64,000 nt of DNA. Origin: Geosiphon pyriformis uo1 (Eukaryota > Fungi > Glomeromycota). Every line of letters begins with the position of its first letter. Within the stretch, counting starts at the first letter, position 1. A model generated the notes under the pieces. That model was not told the DNA's origin and made no database searches. It worked only from the letters and a program-made list of their open reading frames with translations. The position numbers and the translations under genes were made by a program. The stretch spans positions 62,001 through 126,000 of the forward strand of contig JAAOMT010000448.1 of assembly GCA_016748015.1 (NCBI GenBank), in the 5' to 3' direction. Shown here in pieces: positions 49,354-62,424 of this stretch.

Positions 49354-50994
49354 TGTTATGGGTTGAAGTAACAAACTAATAGATAGCAAGGAAGAACAGG
49401 ATTGTAGAGTGATGAAAAAAATTAAAGGGAATTCAACTTCAAAGAGCAAATTGAATGAATATGGATTCAATATGTAAGATCAGTCTCATAAAATATCTCA
49501 GTCACTATATTTTTTAAAAAATAACCAGAAAATCTGAAGGTAGAGAGATAGTCCATACTGTCAACAAATGATTACACACTGGTATAATTCTATGCTTTAT
49601 GTTAATACTTTTAGAATTCAATATCAGGTATTAAATGTACTTTTCAGTCACATTTTATTCAATAATTTTCAAATGCTGTAATTATACATTTCAGGAAAAG
49701 GATAAAGAATAATCAACAAGTAATTTTTTATTCCAAGATGTTCAGATACTTAAAAGTAGAAAAAGAGAAATTAGTGATAAGAAAAGGATTAAGATAAAGT
49801 TGTTATTTTATTTCTTTTCTTTTTTTTGATTCTTACATGCTTTTCTACAGCTAAGAGATTTATCACTTATATAGCTATCAAAAATAGTTAATAATTAAGT
49901 CAACAGTATTATCAGTAGAATTTTAGCTATTAATTAGCATAAAATTACTCTCATAATTCCTATTATTAATTAGCATATATTATTATTATTTCAATTATCA
50001 CTTATTATTTAATTAAATTATCAAATATCATTCCTTAATCAATAATTCGATTTGTACTTAAAAATTAAGATGATCAAATTACACAATATCCTGAACTATT
50101 TAATATAGTCAAAATTCGCCAAAATTAATGAAAATTGGCTGAAATAATTAATAATTTAGTGAAATAATTTGTAATTCACCAAAATGTAACTTTAGTTCAC
50201 CTAAATTATAGCAAAGAAAAAAGTGCAAGTTTAAAGACTAGTACTATAACAAGTTGTATAAAAGAAGAGCTTCTTTTTTCAAGAAAATATATCTTCTCAT
50301 ATCTTCACATAATATTTTATTTTAGATATCTTAATTGAAACAAATTACCTTTTACATATTTCAAATAAAAATTAAATATTCGAAAACCAAATTCTTTTAT
50401 TATTATACTTGAAATTTCCTCAACACAAACTAACATTTTGAAATTAATTAGCTATCAATTTCAGTAATCTGTTAGTAACTCCAGATCTAGATAAAAAATG
50501 TTTTCCTTGTTAGAATTCTATTTCTTTTATATTTTTTTTATTTTTCCTTTTTTTTCTTATTATAATCATTAGGGTAACCTACAGATGAAATTTCTGTAGA
50601 AAAGTTGACTTTCACAGCAAAGTAACTACATATTTTTAGTGAGCTTCCAGATGAGCAATTCCTGGAAAAAAGTTAACATTTACTACAATGTAATTACATA
50701 AAGTAACTGGCAAAGAATTAGCCATTCCACTTATAAGTCCAGCAGTTCAAATTATAGGAAATAATTTGAAGATAAATTCAGTTATTGAAGATTCAACTGC
50801 TTCCAGAAAACATGAAATTAGTAACAGATAAATATTAACAACAATCAAAAAAAGAGACCAAAAATCTCTGGTAATAATAGTCAGGTCATTAATTAGGTCA
50901 ATGATCACTATCTAAAAATAAAGTGGCTAATTATATGACATTAGTGGCTAATACATGTGATAATTAATAAGAAGTATAGGTTTTAACTGTAACA
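49354..50994 (-). repeat. 5' LTR of element D, interrupted by solo LTR 49907-50876
   Basis: Matches 42424-43068 on both sides of the insertion. Confidence 0.92.
49907..50876 (+). mobile_element. Solo LTR (family 3, ~970 bp)
   Basis: Reverse-complement homolog of 61446-62424. Decayed termini TATTA..TAATA. TSD ACAG (49903-49906) / ATAG (50877-50880). Confidence 0.92.
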
Positions 50995-51074
50995 GTATTT
51001 AATTATAGATAAAAAAAAGTTATTAAATGTTTTTAATAACAAAATTAAAAAATTTGATTTATGTATTTAATAAA

Positions 51075-54000
51075 TTTTTTTTTATTGTTTTACAAATACA
51101 ACTCAACCATTATTTAAGTACATAAAATCACACAAGATTTTAAATTAAGTATAGTTTATGTTTTTTTTACATGTGACCAGTCATTTGGGCCAACCAAAAC
51201 AACACTATATACTTAAATTGTTTGCTAAAAAAACATTCTTCAAAAAACCAAAATTTATATTAAATAAACATAAATATAACTTAAAGCAAACATAGATATC
51301 TAACTTAATATCAAAATTGTAAATTAACTCAGAAGATCACAAAGATAACAAATCAGAAACTGAAGAGACAACTAACTCATTACACAACAAAAGATTATGT
51401 TTTTTATAATAAGATCTCAACTTAACAGCTGGTATTTAAATAGCAAACCTGTGATCTTCAGCCAGATTTTAGACCAATTTGACAACTAATGTACTATTAT
51501 CAAATTCAGTATCCAAATATTATATAATGTTATTTATCCAACTCTTCAGCATAAAGCCCTTAGCCAATAATGTATATAAATTAATAAACAGTTTAGTCTT
51601 ACATAGAAATTAAACAATTACATTACTCTTAACAGATATATCTAGTAATCAATTTTATTCTATAATAATGTTTAATAATAACTTTTTTCTAAAATTACTA
51701 TTATGTATATATGAAAATATGTGATTAGAATCTTTCAATATTTCATATCAAATGCAAGCTATGCTTAGATACTTTGGATTATACAATTTTTTTCTTTTGG
51801 CCACAAATAAGTAATAATACAATGTTTTTATAAAATAAAACCAATATGCTATTAAAGAAAAACTAGTATAGTTGAAGTGAATTTTATTATTAAGATACCA
51901 AATATTAAATATTTTAATTATATTAAAACCACCACTAATATTTGAATTTATGGCATTATAATAACACCTGAACTTTCAACTAATAAAATTAATTATATCA
52001 AACAAACTTTTGACAAAGTAATAAGAAACAGATCTGTTTTTGATACTAAGAAAATAACAGAACACTTAAGTGCCAAAATAAACTTAGAAGCAATAGTAAT
52101 ATTGGCATAAAAATTAACGTACTTGTTTTTAACAACACTAAAATGGTTTTTAACTTTTTTTTACTCAACTAACAAATTTTTTTTTAAAATAACTTGGCAA
52201 ATATGTTCTTTCTTAATTCAATATTTACTGTGAAAATCAGCACCAGGTTTTTTATTATTGAAACAGCACATATTCAGTAATGCTTGACTGTTCATAAACA
52301 AAATAACAGAGCTAAAAGTAGACACACAATTCAAAGCAAAAGCAATAACTTGTAATTTTACCAAAATTAAGAAAAACAGACTATTCACTCTAACTTCAAT
52401 ACTTATGTTGGTGTTTGAGAAGTAAGCAGCAGCATTTTTACTAACATTTACCAAACTTAAATTCTCAATAAAGTCATTTGTATAAACATTTATACTACTT
52501 AATTCAGAATTTAACAGATGTTCTCTAATATAATCTAAATCACAAAAATAGTTGGCAGAAGTTGAATAAAAGGCCAATACTCTACCATCTACCAATTTAC
52601 TATCTTTAATAAACTTGGTTAACAAACTAAACCAGCTAAAAATTAAATCTTTAAAGTTTAGTTTTTTTTACTTGTAAAAAATGTTTTACATAAAACATAT
52701 GTCATAACAATCCAAAAGCTTGTTAATAAAAATAATGCTGAATTTTATAAAAGATCTTATCATACTTATATAATTATCTAAGTTCAGCATACTTAAAACT
52801 ACAATACAACTTTTAGCTTTAAAAACATCAAAAAAAATGCTGCTTAAAGACAGATTGCAAAATGTGAAAGCATATATTACATCTGCCAAAACAAAATTCA
52901 TGAGATTAATTAATAACTTGTCTAAAAATTGTAAAAAGTGCTGGGACATTTAGTTGATAGCCTGTAGATCTATAGTTTTATGTTTGAATAAACTGTTAAA
53001 AATTTTACTTATATTAGCAAAATTAACCAAATTAGCCAAAAAATTTTTTGTTAGTATTTGCTCAAACATTTTAAGATTATATAGCATAGAGTAATGTATT
53101 GCTTTGTTGAAAAAATTCTTAAAAAGATTAGTTTTGAATTTTAGTTTTTTTTTTAATATTTTGTTTTAACTCTTATACATACCTTTAGGAATTTAACTAA
53201 ATTATATTTTATAGCCAATTATGAATTATAAGATAGCAGACAGCAAATACAGAAATTGTTTTTTAGTAATAGTTTTTTTTAAAACCATATTTGAAAAGAA
53301 CTTGATATTAGAACAAGCTTTGCTTAAATTTGATTTAGACAAGCCATCAGATAACAGAAAAATTTCCAAATATTTATAAGATTGTTTTTTTTAGCCACCA
53401 AAATTTTTAACCCACTAATATACAGCACAGATTTTTTTACTCTTAATTGATAAAAATAGCAATTGTTTTATTAGTATTGATTAAAATATTATTAATAAAA
53501 AAATTTACTCACAATGTTCAAAATTTATTAATTTGTTATCATGTAATTCTTAATTCAAATAGTATTATTAACAAAGACACTCACAGCAAAAAAGAAAAAT
53601 TTATCATTTTTAAAATCAGTTTTGCCAGTTTTTGTAAAAAATCTTGAACTTATTCTGTAATCACATAATTGTTTCTGTCTTTTGACTTTACAAAGCAAAA
53701 AATTATAAAAAATTCTTTACAATAAAAACAAAAAAACCTTTTTTTAATTAAGTCTATTGTAAACTATATATCTATTTAAAAGTCCAAAATCTGTTATAAT
53801 CTGATTAATCCAACTATTGTAAATATTTTCAAAAAATTTAATGAACTGTTTATACATCTTAATTCGAACTAAACTGTTCTGCAGAAAATACCAGCTAATT
53901 AAATTTACTGTAAATGAAAAAAATCTGATCAAAAAGAATCTTAGACAAAATTTTCTTTGCTGTCTTAATTAAAACAATAGATTAAGTGTTTGTTAATACT

Positions 54001-57000
54001 TTTTTCTATTTATATGGCTTAGGTATCATTGAAATTCAAGCACATTTTTACAACACAGAAACATCACTTAGAGACAAATAAAAATTTAGCAGATTTAAAA
54101 AACACTTTACAATATTTTTTTTTAATGCTTCCACAATTTATTGGATATGTCATTCAGACTAGTAGTTTTTTTGTTTGGTAATTCTCTAATCATCTGAACC
54201 AGCTTCTCAAATTCTATACTATTTATTATATTTGAAAAAATATAATTATTTACATATTTTAAAAAAATATATTGACTTGTTCAAACTTTAGAGATAAACT
54301 CTAAAATTCTATACTTTTTGGTCTAATTCTTTATTATCTTATTTATTTTGGCTCTAACCTTATTAAATTCCAAAATTAATTTTTTATTTATTATTAAGTA
54401 ATTCAATACTATATTGTAAAAAATTTTTTTTAGTATACTCTTGATTATGTAGTCTTTATCTATACAGAAATTTTCTATTTTTTTTTCAATTATAATATTA
54501 ATGGCTATAGTCTTAACAACTTTTAATTCATATAGCTTGAATTTATAATATTTTTTTTAATTTTAGACAAATAACAAAATATTTTAGTCTGCTTTGCACT
54601 ATCTTAAACCAAGCATTAAATTTTTAAAGCCTTATTATAATTCACAACCAACCAGGTCTATATAAAACAATTCAATCTTATTTTGTTTTTAATGTTCAGA
54701 GCTTTGGCTAACTTGATAATCAATAACTTCAACTTGTAAAATCTTAATAATTGTTTATTAAAAAAGTACTTTTTCTTATTATACCAAAGTTTAAAAAACA
54801 TTTTATTTGCCAAATTAATTATCACATCTTGCAAGATTTTCTATATTGTATCTAAGTTGTTTCTATTATTGACATCATTAAATTTAATCTTTATTAGAGA
54901 AAATAAAGAAAACAAATAATTTATAAAACTATCCTACATAAATTTATTTGCATTTTTGATTTTGAATTTTAGCAATTTTTATTAGTCTGTTTCTAAACAA
55001 TGTTTATTTGTACATTAAGTAGACCATCTAATCTATCTAAAAATAAGATAGCTTTGTGGTTTATGTTAAAAAACTTTAAAATATTATTAATTATTTGCTT
55101 AGCCAATATCAATAAATTATTTTTACTTACAAATAAATAATTAATAACTTTTATAGCTTCTCTTGAATTACTCTATATAAGTGTTTTAAAAAAAGACTGA
55201 CCTCTGAAAATATTAACTAGATCCACATTCAAACACAATTTATGATTTGGATTTTTTCCAGAACTACTTTTATTAAAATTTTCATCCATAATCACAAAAG
55301 AACTAGTATTTACAGTCTAAAAAACAAGTGTATTTATTTCTAGTACAGATACACATACATACAAGCCCAGAACTGTTATTAAAAACCTGTTTTTAAAAAT
55401 TAGACAAACTAAGATCAGACAGTCTAAAACTTCTTTGATTTAGTTATATAATAAAACAAAAAGATATCTATTATTATAGTTATATCAGTATTTGAAAAGT
55501 TTTTATTTAACTTAAAAGTAAAAACCCAAATTCTACCAAATTTGTTTATTATTTAAGATCTGCAATTAGATTTCAACTTTGTTTTTGTAATAATTAAAGT
55601 TAAATATTCCTTATTTATATGTCAACAAACAATATTTTTTTGCTTGGCAGGGACATTAATACTTCAAATATTATATATAGCAATCTTTTAAACTAGATTA
55701 ATCATTAAAATAAATAGGAATCTAAACACAAAATTTTATTGTCTAATTTGGCTAAAAAATGCAAAACTGTATTTAATAAACTCTTCAAACTGTCTTATAA
55801 CTTAGAAATTGCTGAAAAATTCAAAGATATTATTTTTGTAATAGTCTTATTATCAGTAACTATACCTAAATACTTTTTTATTACTATATCTGCTTCTTGA
55901 TTTTGTAATAATAGAGTCACTAATAGCTAATATCTAAAGTTAAGCTGAGAAATTATTGACTTGAGTGTATTTAACTTCTTAACCAACTTACCAACTTGTT
56001 TTGTAAAGCTAACAAAACTGTACTTAAAAGTAACAAACCTAATATTTTATTTATTAGACATAAGCAAAGTAGGCTTTATTTTTAAAGAGAAACCAAAATT
56101 TACAGAACTATTTTGTGCAAAAAAAAAGAAAAAAAAAGATCTACCAACTATTTTAACCCAAAAAATACTGCCAAAAAAGACAAGCCAAATAATAGGTGCT
56201 GAATGTTTGACATATATAGTTGTCAGTCTGCTTTTATTTACTTTTAATAAGCTTTTATGAGTTAATTTACTAGGAGACATTTTTTTATTCATAGTACAGC
56301 TTAATAATATATGATCTGAATTTTTATATTTTACATATTTAGCCAAACTTAGGCAAAACTAATACAAGTTAATATTTTTTAATACTGGTATAATTTCCAT
56401 AACAGTTTCCAATAATTCAAAAAAATCAAAACAGATTATTACACACCTAATTCAAGTATACATAAATTAATTAACCAAATACAATTACAGCTTTTTGCTA
56501 TAACCCTATTAGTTGCATCTTAATTAATTTAATTTTACCAAATTTGGATAGTACAGCATATATAATCTCAGCCAATATTCCAATTGAAATTTTTTTACTA
56601 TTACAGTTTGATCTAAATATATAGATAATTTTTTAAGATTAATATTTATAATAATATTTTTAGTTTTTGCTATATTAGTTGTTTATACCAAGCTAGATTC
56701 AGAAATAAACATAGTTTTGATGATTTCAACAAATTTTAAAAAAATAAAAATCTTTTCAAAATCATTAATTTTTGAGAACAATTTTTTTATTACTATAAGT
56801 TTTTTTTAAGAAAACTTTTTAATAATATTATTTAAGCCAATATTCAAAGCAAAAAACTTCTTAACAAAAATAAAAACCAGATTCTTTAAAAAAAAGAATT
56901 GATGAAAAATTCAGCAAAATATTATTATTATTATCATTACTTAAAAAATTGATTTTTCTTAAAGATATACTTAATACTTTCTTGGTTTTTATTTATGAAC

Positions 57001-57405
57001 TTTTTATTATTCAGTTAGAATTTTTTTTGTTAAAAAAGTTTTCTTCACTATAATTAATACTAGTTTTCTCTACTAAACATTTTTCTTTTATATTAACACT
57101 ATTAGATTCAATGGTATTACCAGTTTTGGAGCACTAAGAACAACTGATTAAAGCCTTAATAAAAATTATTTTACCATCAATATTGTTCTTTAAAACACCA
57201 CATTTTTTTTTCTTTTTAAAAAAAACTTGTTTGCTATTATTGTTAAAACCAGAGTTCTTAATAAATTTCTTTATAACAATCATATTAAGACAAATCTTAT
57301 AATTAAAAAAAAAATTAGATTTATTATATTAAATAATTAAAAACTTCTTTACAAAAAATGTACTTTTTAGTAAATTTTGAATGTAAGAAAAAAAAAGTTT
57401 TCCTT
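51075..57405 (-). mobile_element. Degenerate near-full-length LINE-b (ORF1; ORF2 with APE, RT, RNase H)
   Basis: ORF 52218-52625 (NVYTNDFI..VKLQVIAFALNCV, RNase H), 53744-53932 (RT), 56047-56346 (ORF1 after the knuckle). Colinear with LINE-c. T-run at ~51075 may be the poly(A) tail. Boundaries approximate. Confidence 0.88.
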
Positions 57406-57685
57406 TTTGTTTTAATTGTAAGTTTTTATAATTAATTTTTATTTGAAAACAAAAATAAAAATAAAATTTAATTTAATTATTTTTTATATTATTTTATTAT
57501 TGTTAATTATAATTAATTATTTTATATTATTTAATAATATTTTTAACTATTTATTATTATTATTAATTTATTTATATTATTATATATTATTTTGTATTAT
57601 TTTATGTATTATATAATTTAAATTTGTAAAAAACTTCTTTCCTTCATTCATCTCAAATTCCCAAAAAAAGAGCCAAAATATTTTT

Positions 57686-59576
57686 TTGAAAAAAAGTTTT
57701 TCTGTTTTTATTATTGAGTATACTACTTCCAAACTGTTTGTGCTTGATTACGAGGCCACTGTTGGCTCTAGTATTGCAGTTCTAAATAAGTCTATTATGA
57801 AGCCTAACTTTAACATTGGTGTCAAGTCTGCTGAATCCAGAAAAAAGAGAAGAAGTGGTGTTTTGGAAGATAATATTGGTAATAGGAAATTTGCTGCTGC
57901 TAAGATGTCAAGTGATCATTCTTGGAGTTCTAAAACCAGTGATACTACTAAATTTGATAGTGTTGATATGGAAAAGGAATGTTTAGTTGAGAAAACCAGC
58001 TTTGATTTTGGTGAAAATGGTGCTACTGTTAATAGAGACTTAGAACAAACTCCTAAGAGTTTGAAGATTCAAACTAAAAAAGCATTTGGCAAACTACTGG
58101 GGAAGATTAATTTCTTGGGTGATAATGATAATGATAATGATGACATTTTTTTGGACAAACCTGTGGTTCTCCCCCCCTCTTTGGAAAATTTGATCAATGT
58201 TTCTGTTAAAAAATTTTTCGCTTTAGACATCAGTTTGGACAATGTTGTTAGAAAATTCACCCAGGAAAAGCTTATGGTGGTCAGAAAACTATTTTCAAAA
58301 ATTAATGGTTTTGGGGAGGCTTTTACTCCCTTAAAATTTGCTGAAATTGTCAAAGCAATGTTTACTTCTGAATTGAGTTTAGTAAAAGCTACCAAGTTGG
58401 CTACTAATGTGAAGATTCTGGTAAACACTAATCTTAAAAAATCATTTAGGTGTTCAAATCGGGCTGTAGTAGTGAAAAAAATTCCTGTTGGAACATCAGC
58501 TGAGGCTGTGCACACTGCGCTTTCCAAATTTGGAATAATTAAATCAGTCAAGATACAACTAGTGGGTCTATGGCAGAAAGCAATTGTCAAATTTGAAGAT
58601 CAGAATCAGGCTGATCTTTTGGCTTTTAGATGGTCTATTCTCATTGGGAAAGATGCTGTTCATATGGCCAGAGCTGATCTTGATAAACAAACATGGGACT
58701 CTAGGGATTTGCATAAGGCGCTGCTTTATACTCTTTCTGTAGGAACCAATGCTCATGATATCTAGAATTATATTGGCTTTGTGGATGGAAAAACTTGTGT
58801 AATTGATTATTATCCAGTCACATATGCTCAAACCAAGTGTGCCATTGTTTGTTTTGGGTCAGTTGAATCATGAGATGCCATCATGGGTACCACTTTTGTG
58901 TTAAGGGGTGCTCATTTTTGTTGGTTTCATCTTAGTTCTGCTGTGTGTGCAAAGTGTGGTAAAATAAATCACACTTCTCTGAGCTGTGCTTCTGGTGAGA
59001 AAATTTCTTCTGGTAGCTTGTTATGTCAAGTTCTTTCAGATACAGATAAAAGCAAACTGGCAGCCATTTATGCCAAACATTCAGTGCTAGTTTTTTGTTC
59101 TGTCTCCTTTGGTGGTGTTTTATGAGCCAAAATTGTTGTTGGGCCTTCCTTTTCCCCTCTCTCTGTTTGGTATGTTTTGTTGAATGATGGCTCCTCCTCA
59201 GAGATGAAGCCTACCTCACATATGTCTCTGATGTTAAATGATAGATTTACTGTTCTTGAGCACAGTCTTGTCAGTCTTGCAGAGTGTGTGGATGAGCTGG
59301 CTAAGAGGTTGGAAACACCTGGGCTGACAGTTTCCCAGCTTTGGATGTCAGCTGTTGGTGACCCCTTCATCACAGAATCAAAAGACAGATATAGTAATGA
59401 GTGAGAGTTTGGGTGTGGCTGTTGATGGTGAGACTGTTGCAGGAGTAGTGGTTTTTGATCCTGCAGTTATATCAAAAATGAAGAAAACATTAAACAATCT
59501 TTTGATCACAGTTATGAGTCTTTCAGCTAAAATGGACAATGCTGATTCAGTTCCTGTTATTCATTCTTTTCAATGA
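57686..59576 (+). pseudogene. LINE-c ORF1 (RRM-like domains plus CCHC knuckle)
   Basis: AVVVKKIPVGTSAEAVHTALSKFGIIKSVKIQ..AIVKF is RRM-like. CAKCGKINHTSLSC is CX2CX4HX4C. Start uncertain, internal stops. Confidence 0.85.
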
Positions 59577-61445
59577 TGAATTTGGTTTGGAAAATTGCTA
59601 TGTGTAATGTTCGAGGTATCAATGTTCCTGCTAAGCAGGAAAATGTTGTTTATTGGAATAAAGAATTAGGGAATTTGGTCTCGATTGTTATGGAAACAAA
59701 ATTAAGGTCTAGCTGTAGGCTGTGGATTAAGAATAGGTTTGATGGTGTTCGGGTTTTCACTTCTGGTTTGGATGCAGGTTTTCTTGGTACTGAGGTAACC
59801 ATAATCATGAATGTTTCTCTGGCTTATCATGTGTGTAAAATTTCTGAGGTGCCTAGTTGGCTTCTTTCTATCAAGTTGCTTTTCAAAAATAAGCTGTCGA
59901 TATCAATTTTGGAACTTTATGCTAGTGCTTCTCTGGCTGTCCATTTTGCTCAAGCAGGTGAAATCAACTCTTTGATTGCAAAGGCTGTAAATAAGTTCTT
60001 TTTTGTCATCTTGAGTGGTAATTTCAATGAAAATGAATCTCACAAATGCGCTAGTTTCAAGAAATGCTCTGATTTTGGTCTGGTTAATTCTTTAAGTGGG
60101 AGTTTATTCGTGAGAGTATCAACATGGAGCAATTCTTAGGGTGTTTCAAAAATGATTGATTACATGTTTATTTCTTCAAGTTTGGCCAATACAGTTGTAC
60201 ATCATGGTGTTTTAGATGTTAGTGAATATTTTGACACTGATCATTAAGCTGTTTCTGTGTCTATGAGTTTGGGTGGCTTGTTAGATATGCAGTTAAATTT
60301 TCTTCACAAGCAAGCGAATAAAAATTGTTGGAAGTTCAATTTTAAGAGTATTGATGTTGCTATGTGGACCAGATTTAAGGATGTTTCAGCAGCTAATGCC
60401 ACCATGTTTTCTGATAATTTTATTGCTTCCGAGTAATTCTCAGATTTGGATGTGATGTGAAATACTGTTTGCAAGTCTGTTACATTATTAGCTAATGAAA
60501 TATTCAAAAAGAAATGGTTTAAGGACTCTGGTCACATCTTTACCAAAGAATTTTCAAAGTTTTATAGATTAAAACTTTTGGTTTCAAAGATTGTTAGAAC
60601 TTTTTAGGGAGCTGATGTTGACAATTTTGTTTCTTTTATAAAGTGTTGGTGTTTTTTGAACAGTGCTAAGGCTTTGGTCATTCAAGATTTAGTAGACTTT
60701 GGTGCAACTTTTAATCATGTTTATTCAGCTCTCTGTATTATTAGGAAATCTTATCGTGCACTGAAATATGCAGAATCTCTAAGAACCAAGAAAGCAAACA
60801 TCAGGTCTACCATAGATAAAAGAATGGAGAGCTTTGAAACAAATAAGGATCATACTATCAAAAGTGTATTAGAGCGTTCATTTCGCAAGATAGTGCTTAA
60901 CCATTTGGTTGTCAATGATAAGCTGGTTCTAGAGCCTGGTTTGATTAAGTCTAAAGTGGACGCAATTATGGAGGGTTGGACTTGGAAACGTCGAACAGTC
61001 CCTGATGTTTCTAGTAAGTAGTGTTGTTAGTATTAGCCTTTGAAATATGTTTTTGATGAAGCTTTTTCTGGTGTGATGTGTTTAATTGGATTTGATGAAT
61101 TTTTTAGAATGGTGTCTAATCTGCCTGATGGCAAAGCTGCCGGTCTCTTGGGTATCTCAAATGAACTTTGGAAGCATTGCAATAAATCTGTTCTGAACAT
61201 GTTCTTAGTATTTTTGAATTCATGTTTGGTTAGTGAATTTGTGCCCAGTTCTTGGAAAGAGGCTTGGGTTTCAATGATTCCCAAACCTTATGAGTAGAAG
61301 AGTGTTCTGACAAATACTTGCCCCATTGCTTTGATTAAGACAGCTTGCAAGGTTCTTTCCAAGATTTTCTCTGATAGGATCTCCTCAGCTTGTAGTACTT
61401 TTGATGTTCTTCATGGTGATAATTTTTCTGTCTTAAAGAGCATGA
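59573..61445 (+). pseudogene. LINE-c ORF2, APE endonuclease and RT N-terminal part
   Basis: IAMCNVRGIN, ETKL, ILSGNFN, IDYMF, TDH (APE motifs); LPDGKAAG..NELW, MIPKP, CPIALI (RT domains 0-2). Confidence 0.9.
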
Positions 61446-62424
61446 TATTACTGAAGGTTTTTGGTCTCTTTTTTTGAATGTTATTGATGCCTGTTTGCTG
61501 TGAATTCACGTTTTCTGGATGTGGTTGAACCTCCAGTAACTGAATTTCTCTTCAAATTATCTCCTATAATTTGAATTGCTGGGCTTATAAGTAAAATGGC
61601 CAATTCTGTACCAGTTACTTTATGTAGTTACATTGTAGTAAACGTCAACTTTTTTCCAGAATTTGCTCGTCTGAAAGCTCACTAAAAATGTGTAATTACT
61701 TTGCTGTGAAAGTCAACTCTTTTACAGAAATCTTGTCTGTAGGCTACCCTAATGATTATAGTAAGAAAAATAAAAAAAAAATAAAAAAAATGTAAAAAAA
61801 ATAGAATTCTGTCAAGGGAAATGTTTTTAATCCAGGCCTGAAGTCACTAACAGTTTATTAAAATTGGTAGCTAATCAATTTCAAAACGTTAGTTGGGTTT
61901 TGAGAATTTTTCAAGTGCAATAATTAAAGAATTTGGTTTTTCAAATTATTTAATATTTATTTTTTTTTGTGGGTGTAGGAATGGTTCTAAGTAATAAATC
62001 TAAAGTAAGATACATTTTTTCAAAGAAAAAAGCTCTTCTTTTATACAACTTGTTATAACACTATTTTATGAACTTGAACTTTGCTATTTTCTATAATTTT
62101 GCTGAACTAAAGATACATTTTGGCGAACTATAAGTTATTTCTGCAAACTATTAGATATTTTGGTGAACTATCAATTATTTTGGCAAATTTCTACAAATTT
62201 TGGCAAACTTTTGAATGTTACATAGTTCAGAGTATTGCATGATTGATCATCACAATTAGGTTATATTTGTGTTGTGTACAAATTGGATTATTAATTAAAT
62301 GATAATTTTGGACATTTTGCTAATGTAATAAGTAATAATTTGAAATGATAATATATGTTAATTAATGATAGGAATTATAAGATAATTTCATGCTAAATAA
62401 TATCTCTAATTTCGTCTGGTAACA
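61446..62424 (-). repeat. 3' LTR of element E (~979 bp)
   Basis: Begins TGTTACCAG on the minus strand right after the PPT. Homologous to solo LTR 49907-50876. TATAAAAG at ~62039-62046 (minus). Confidence 0.92.

Larger units (their letters stand above)
42424..50994 (-). mobile_element. Ty3/Gypsy LTR retrotransposon D (family 2, no dUTPase)
   Basis: LTRs 42424-43068 and 49354-50994, perfect TSD GTAT/GTAT, PBS 49331-49347. gag (48485-49211), PR (47171-47455), RT (45790-46330), RNase H, IN (44033-44900). Confidence 0.95.
41746..51041 (-). mobile_element. Old family-2-related 5' LTR (41769-42423 + 50999-51041) with PBS (41746-41762), split by element D; internal body not present in the assembly
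   Basis: PBS TGGTGCTTTCTGTGAGG with the same TAAAAA spacer as D. Decayed similarity to the D LTR. TAACA end at 51041. Confidence 0.72.
57630..61445 (+). mobile_element. LINE-c (best preserved), 5' half, interrupted in RT by element E
   Basis: ORF1 57686-59576 and ORF2 from 59573. Sequence switches abruptly to an LTR after HGDNFSVLKSM. Confidence 0.93.

Noticed and set aside
58069-59373. Long antisense ORFs (58069-58590, 59068-59373) and the many 60-130 aa F/L/I/K/N-rich ORFs across the window
   Set aside because: Shadow frames of retroelement coding sequence or chance ORFs in decayed AT-rich DNA, mostly with TTG/GTG starts.
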